A stretch of DNA of 55,268 bases from a virus (taxonomy: Duplodnaviria; Caudoviricetes): the IMG/VR virus record IMGVR_UViG_3300036832_001686, positions 1 through 55,268 of that record. The stretch is one strand, 5' to 3'. Made by a program: the position numbers and the translations under genes. Below, piece by piece: positions 52,163 to 55,268 of this stretch (positions are counted from its first letter, which is position 1; each line of letters starts with the position of its first letter). The notes beneath the pieces were generated by a model. It worked only from the letters and a program-made list of their open reading frames with translations. It was not told where the DNA came from and searched no databases.

Positions 52163-53320
52163 TTAATTGCTCACGCCCGAATTTGTCGAGATCGCCCAGG
52201 CTTGCGTGTGCCGGAACTTAACATCTACCCAGCTGTCCAAAATAAAGCGAACGCGCCCGCTGGTACTTTGGCTATACGGATCCACAAAAACTTCAGTGCC
52301 GCCCCAGTGGGCAAAAATCGCATTCGAGAAATCTCCAAAGAGCACTTGGTTAGTGGCTCCGATCTGGTTAGTTCCGATAAAATCCCAGCCAGCGATACCT
52401 GCGTCATTCGCGTAAAAGTTTGGATAATAGGTGGTCGCGCCTCGTGCATCCTGACGTGCGTATCCCTTCCACGCGGCTAATGTGCTCGGCGAACAAACGA
52501 ACCGGGTGGTTGCAGGGTCTAGATCCACATCGCACGCGCCGGCGACATTCGCCTCGAATTGCAAGACTGCGGCCCACGTCGGCGGCCCGCCTGTTGCGAA
52601 CGTCACCGAGGGGGCTAGCTCGCCATAAACGCTCGTCCCGGGCGCGGAACTCGGGATGGTAAACAATCCCACAGGCTGGTTGTTAGCCGGCCCAGTGCCC
52701 CATAACCCTGCGTAATCTTCAGCCACTGCGATGCTCCTCAACAAATCGTTGGCGACGAACTGTTGGGCGCTCAAAGCGCTTTGAGTTAACAATTGTCGAC
52801 TGACCACCGCAACCGAGTTCAATCTCTTGGGGGACAAAACAATTTGTGCGAAAGTTCGGTCCGAACTGGTCGCGGGGCTGATCTCGGGAAGCCACGCCGA
52901 AGTGGAGGCCGAGGTCTGACCTGCAATCGCCAAATCACCCTGAAGATTGTCGAGAAAAACGGCCCCGGCTCGACCAAAGACCATCTTTTTTCTGAGCAGG
53001 TCGATCAGTCGCGGCGACACATCCGTCTGGATAAGCGAACCACCGGCGCCAGGCGTACCTGCCACGGCGTCGCGCATCACCGCTCGCCCGATCGGTGTGT
53101 CTCTTAACGAAAAGCAGAGACACGAATCGGGGAGCCAAATTGCGTTCGGATTTTTTTTCTGGCGCCCTTCAGATAGAGCAACGTCAACCGCTTTTTCCAG
53201 GCCGCTCAATCGCTGATCGCCCGCCTCGCGCAGAGCTTTGCACAAATCGTAACGCTGCAGTTCCTTTGCGGGGATCGACGGGAACGGAGCCAGAGTCAGG
53301 GGCTTGGTTTGATAGTCCAT
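52163..53320 (-). CDS. Major capsid protein paralog lacking the protease and most of the scaffold region
   Basis: RYDLCKA, RLSGLE, RDAVAGTPG, LLRKKMVFGRAGA, NQIGATNQVLFG and the C-terminal STNSG are shared with the helper capsid. Confidence 0.9.
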   Translation of the reverse strand: MDYQTKPLTLAPFPSIPAKELQRYDLCKALREAGDQRLSGLEKAVDVALSEGRQKKNPNAIWLPDSCLCFSLRDTPIGRAVMRDAVAGTPGAGGSLIQTDVSPRLIDLLRKKMVFGRAGAVFLDNLQGDLAIAGQTSASTSAWLPEISPATSSDRTFAQIVLSPKRLNSVAVVSRQLLTQSALSAQQFVANDLLRSIAVAEDYAGLWGTGPANNQPVGLFTIPSSAPGTSVYGELAPSVTFATGGPPTWAAVLQFEANVAGACDVDLDPATTRFVCSPSTLAAWKGYARQDARGATTYYPNFYANDAGIAGWDFIGTNQIGATNQVLFGDFSNAIFAHWGGTEVFVDPYSQSTSGRVRFILDSWVDVKFRHTQAWAISTNSGVSN

Positions 53321-53802
53321 TTTTGGTGACTTTGTTAGGTCGATTTGACCGCCTAAACCGTACACCCTGGACCACGGGCTTGACAGCACAAAAGATGTCG
53401 CTTGTCCAGAGCTGCGCCGTCTCTGATACTAACGCCATGTTTTCCTGGCGCAGAGCTTTTGCGGCCCTCTTGCCGCCGCATAAAAAAACTGGCGAGCAGG
53501 TGACGCGACCGCCGTTGATGTTGTCACCGCTCTTCTCCTCGCCGTACAGGAGCGAACCAGTTGGTTGGTTTACCCATGTTGCAGGCCTCGATGTCACCGG
53601 CAGCAACACCAACTCCGGACTGTTCAACCGTCGCCCTCGTTCGTGGGAGACTCAGCAACAAGTCCCGAATTGGGTAGGAGCGGGACAGCACTCACCGCCA
53701 GCGCCGCTTTTGCTGGACGCGAATCAAGCCCCAGGATTCTATCGGCCTCGCATTTCGGTTTTCACAACGCCGGCTAAGCTCGGCCGTCTCTGGAAATGGT
53801 AA

Positions 53803-54036
53803 TTGCAAGACTCAACCCGACGAACACTGCTGTGCAGCGCTGCTGAGGGCGATGTCTATTTCGCTCGGGCCGAGCCGTGGCGAGGCTGCTGGTTTGAACT
53901 GCGCTCGAACACGCCTCCAGGAGTATGCTTGGCCACCTATTGTTTGCCGGGAACACAGCCGGCGTGGTTAGGAGACCGTCCGCCTGCGCCCGAGACGTGG
54001 GTGCAGGTTGCCCGTGAGCGGCGACTGATCCCTTGA
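53803..54036 (+). CDS. Small hypothetical protein, paralog 1
   Basis: WxELR-x7-C-x3-YxLP...APxxWVQ, shared with the next ORF. Confidence 0.55.
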   Translation: MQDSTRRTLLCSAAEGDVYFARAEPWRGCWFELRSNTPPGVCLATYCLPGTQPAWLGDRPPAPETWVQVARERRLIP

Positions 54037-54076
54037 CAGCGCGACTCCTCGGGGATTACACAATTGCTTCTGCGGT

Positions 54077-54319
54077 ATGGATGCTCCCCCTCATCTCTGC
54101 ACCCTCATCTCGCGAACGCATTTTCTGACCGTCAAGGACCGCCACGGCTGGCAATGGTTTGCCTACTTTTGCACATCTGAAATCACACAAGAACGCTGGA
54201 TTGAACTCAAGGGCAGCGAGGACCGACAAGGCTGCACCAAGCGCTATTGGTTGCCCGATGACCAGCACGAGCTCGCGCCCCCGGCGTGGGTGCAAAAGAT
54301 TCCGCGCCAACTGCTCTAG
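54077..54319 (+). CDS. Small hypothetical protein, paralog 2
   Basis: WxELK-x7-C-x3-YxLP...APxxWVQ. Confidence 0.6.
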   Translation: MDAPPHLCTLISRTHFLTVKDRHGWQWFAYFCTSEITQERWIELKGSEDRQGCTKRYWLPDDQHELAPPAWVQKIPRQLL

Positions 54320-54609
54320 ACGATGATCGGCAGCGTCTGCGGCAGTAATTGATAGAGCGTGCTCGCTAAAGAAAAAAGGCTAGTTAATCGTCCACTAGCA
54401 CACACTAGTTTCCGACCAACTAGCCCAAAAACCCAAATATCTAGAACCAGATACTTCTTCTTGAGCCTACTACAACAACGCACCGCAGACAAAGGAATAC
54501 CGGCAGCGAGAGAACGCCCAGATAACGTCAACAACGGTGCTCACTCCTGGCCGTCATTTTCTGTGTGCCGTGCAGCGGGTACCGTTTGCCAGAAATTTAA
54601 AAGTGCTAC

Positions 54610-54807
54610 ATGAAATTTGATCAATCGAATACGGTCTATATCGGTGATGCCGTTTACGCGACTTTTGATGGTTGCGGCATCGAATTACGACTTAACAGCC
54701 ACAAGAGCGAATGCCTCATCTATCTTGAGCCTGAGGTGATGGCAACCCTGGTCGAATTCTGGCGGAACGCGAGCGAGGTCGAAAATTCGAAAGTTCTATT
54801 CAAATAG
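54610..54807 (+). CDS. Small phage-type hypothetical protein
   Basis: YIGDAVYATFDG...IYLEPEV. Confidence 0.65.
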   Translation: MKFDQSNTVYIGDAVYATFDGCGIELRLNSHKSECLIYLEPEVMATLVEFWRNASEVENSKVLFK

Positions 54808-54872
54808 CAGTTGTTCAGCAAAAGTTGCTGGAAGTTGAAAACCTCGCGCCAAAACGAAGTTTTGCACTGCCT

Positions 54873-55130
54873 TCACTTTTCACGCAGACTTTTGAGCAAA
54901 TCGTCGGTCGATTCGAACACCGGCAAATTTCCACTCTCGGCTTCTTCGAGCGCCAGGTGAAGCCGCTCTTCATTTGCATTTGATCCCAAAAGATAAGCAG
55001 TTTCGGCATCGCTATTTGTTTTGTGTGAAACATTCTTAGCCGGCAGCTCGAATTTTTCTCTTAGCTTCTTAAAAAATAGCGGCGCAGCTTTCGGCCGTCC
55101 GTTTTTGCGCTGACTTTTTGGGCGCTTCAT
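54873..55130 (-). CDS. Orphan YefM C-terminus-like antitoxin mimic
   Basis: ETAYLLGSNANEERLHLALEEAESG resembles YefM ETAYLLRSPANARRL. Confidence 0.6.
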   Translation of the reverse strand: MKRPKSQRKNGRPKAAPLFFKKLREKFELPAKNVSHKTNSDAETAYLLGSNANEERLHLALEEAESGNLPVFESTDDLLKSLREK

Positions 55131-55227
55131 TTCTTACCGCTTAGATAATTCGCACAAAATATCGCGGTCTTCGTGCATGATCTCCGAGGGTCCCTATTTT
55201 GGCCGCCGGCAAGTTTTGCACTCACTC

Positions 55228-55268
55228 AAAAAATCTCACATTCGCAAAAAATTCGTGGTCCTCAGACC
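55228..55268 (-). other. cos-like terminus; core GGTCTGAGGACC
   Basis: The last 12 nt form the dyad GGTC-TGAG-GACC; 29 of 41 positions identical to 3084-3124. Confidence 0.7.

Larger units (their letters stand above)
44019..55268. mobile_element. Putative phage satellite (left-truncated, excised attP form)
   Basis: Integrase, attP, xis-like gene, capsid and TMP paralogs of the helper, and a cos-like terminus. No terminase, portal or other tail genes in the visible part. Confidence 0.78.

Noticed and set aside
53095-53802. 235-aa plus-strand ORF
   Set aside because: The 5' part is antisense to the capsid paralog and the rest has no recognisable features; a shorter gene from about 53437 cannot be excluded.
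44019-55268. Satellite length being about one quarter of the helper genome
   Set aside because: The element is truncated mid-gene on the left, so its true size is unknown.

Overview
The window appears to be two joined sequences. (1) 1..44018 is a complete, circularly permuted 43,891-bp temperate myovirus. Positions 1-127 recur exactly at 43892-44018 and cut a ParB-like gene, the signature of a k=127 assembly overlap. It has a lambda-type head (gpA terminase, lambda portal, protease-capsid fusion), a P2-type contractile tail, a tyrosine integrase with a tRNA-Lys attP, and a sigma-like gene inside the head module. A GTAAGTA motif sits just upstream of ten late start sites. The phage also carries several glycan-modifying genes. 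(2) 44019..55268 is a left-truncated 11,250-bp element that looks like a satellite of that phage. It has an integrase and tRNA-Ser attP, hicAB, its own paralogs of the helper capsid and tape-measure proteins, and a helper-type late motif. It ends exactly on a 12-bp dyad matching the helper's likely cos site, with compensatory changes. The most striking feature is in this element: a stand-alone RAMP/Cas7-like gene preceded by two non-coding units of (NN-GGY)n pentamers, each followed by a covarying hairpin. This fits an RNA-guided system in which variable dinucleotides encode a gapped target (VIPR-like). All assignments come from motif recognition by eye; no searches were run.
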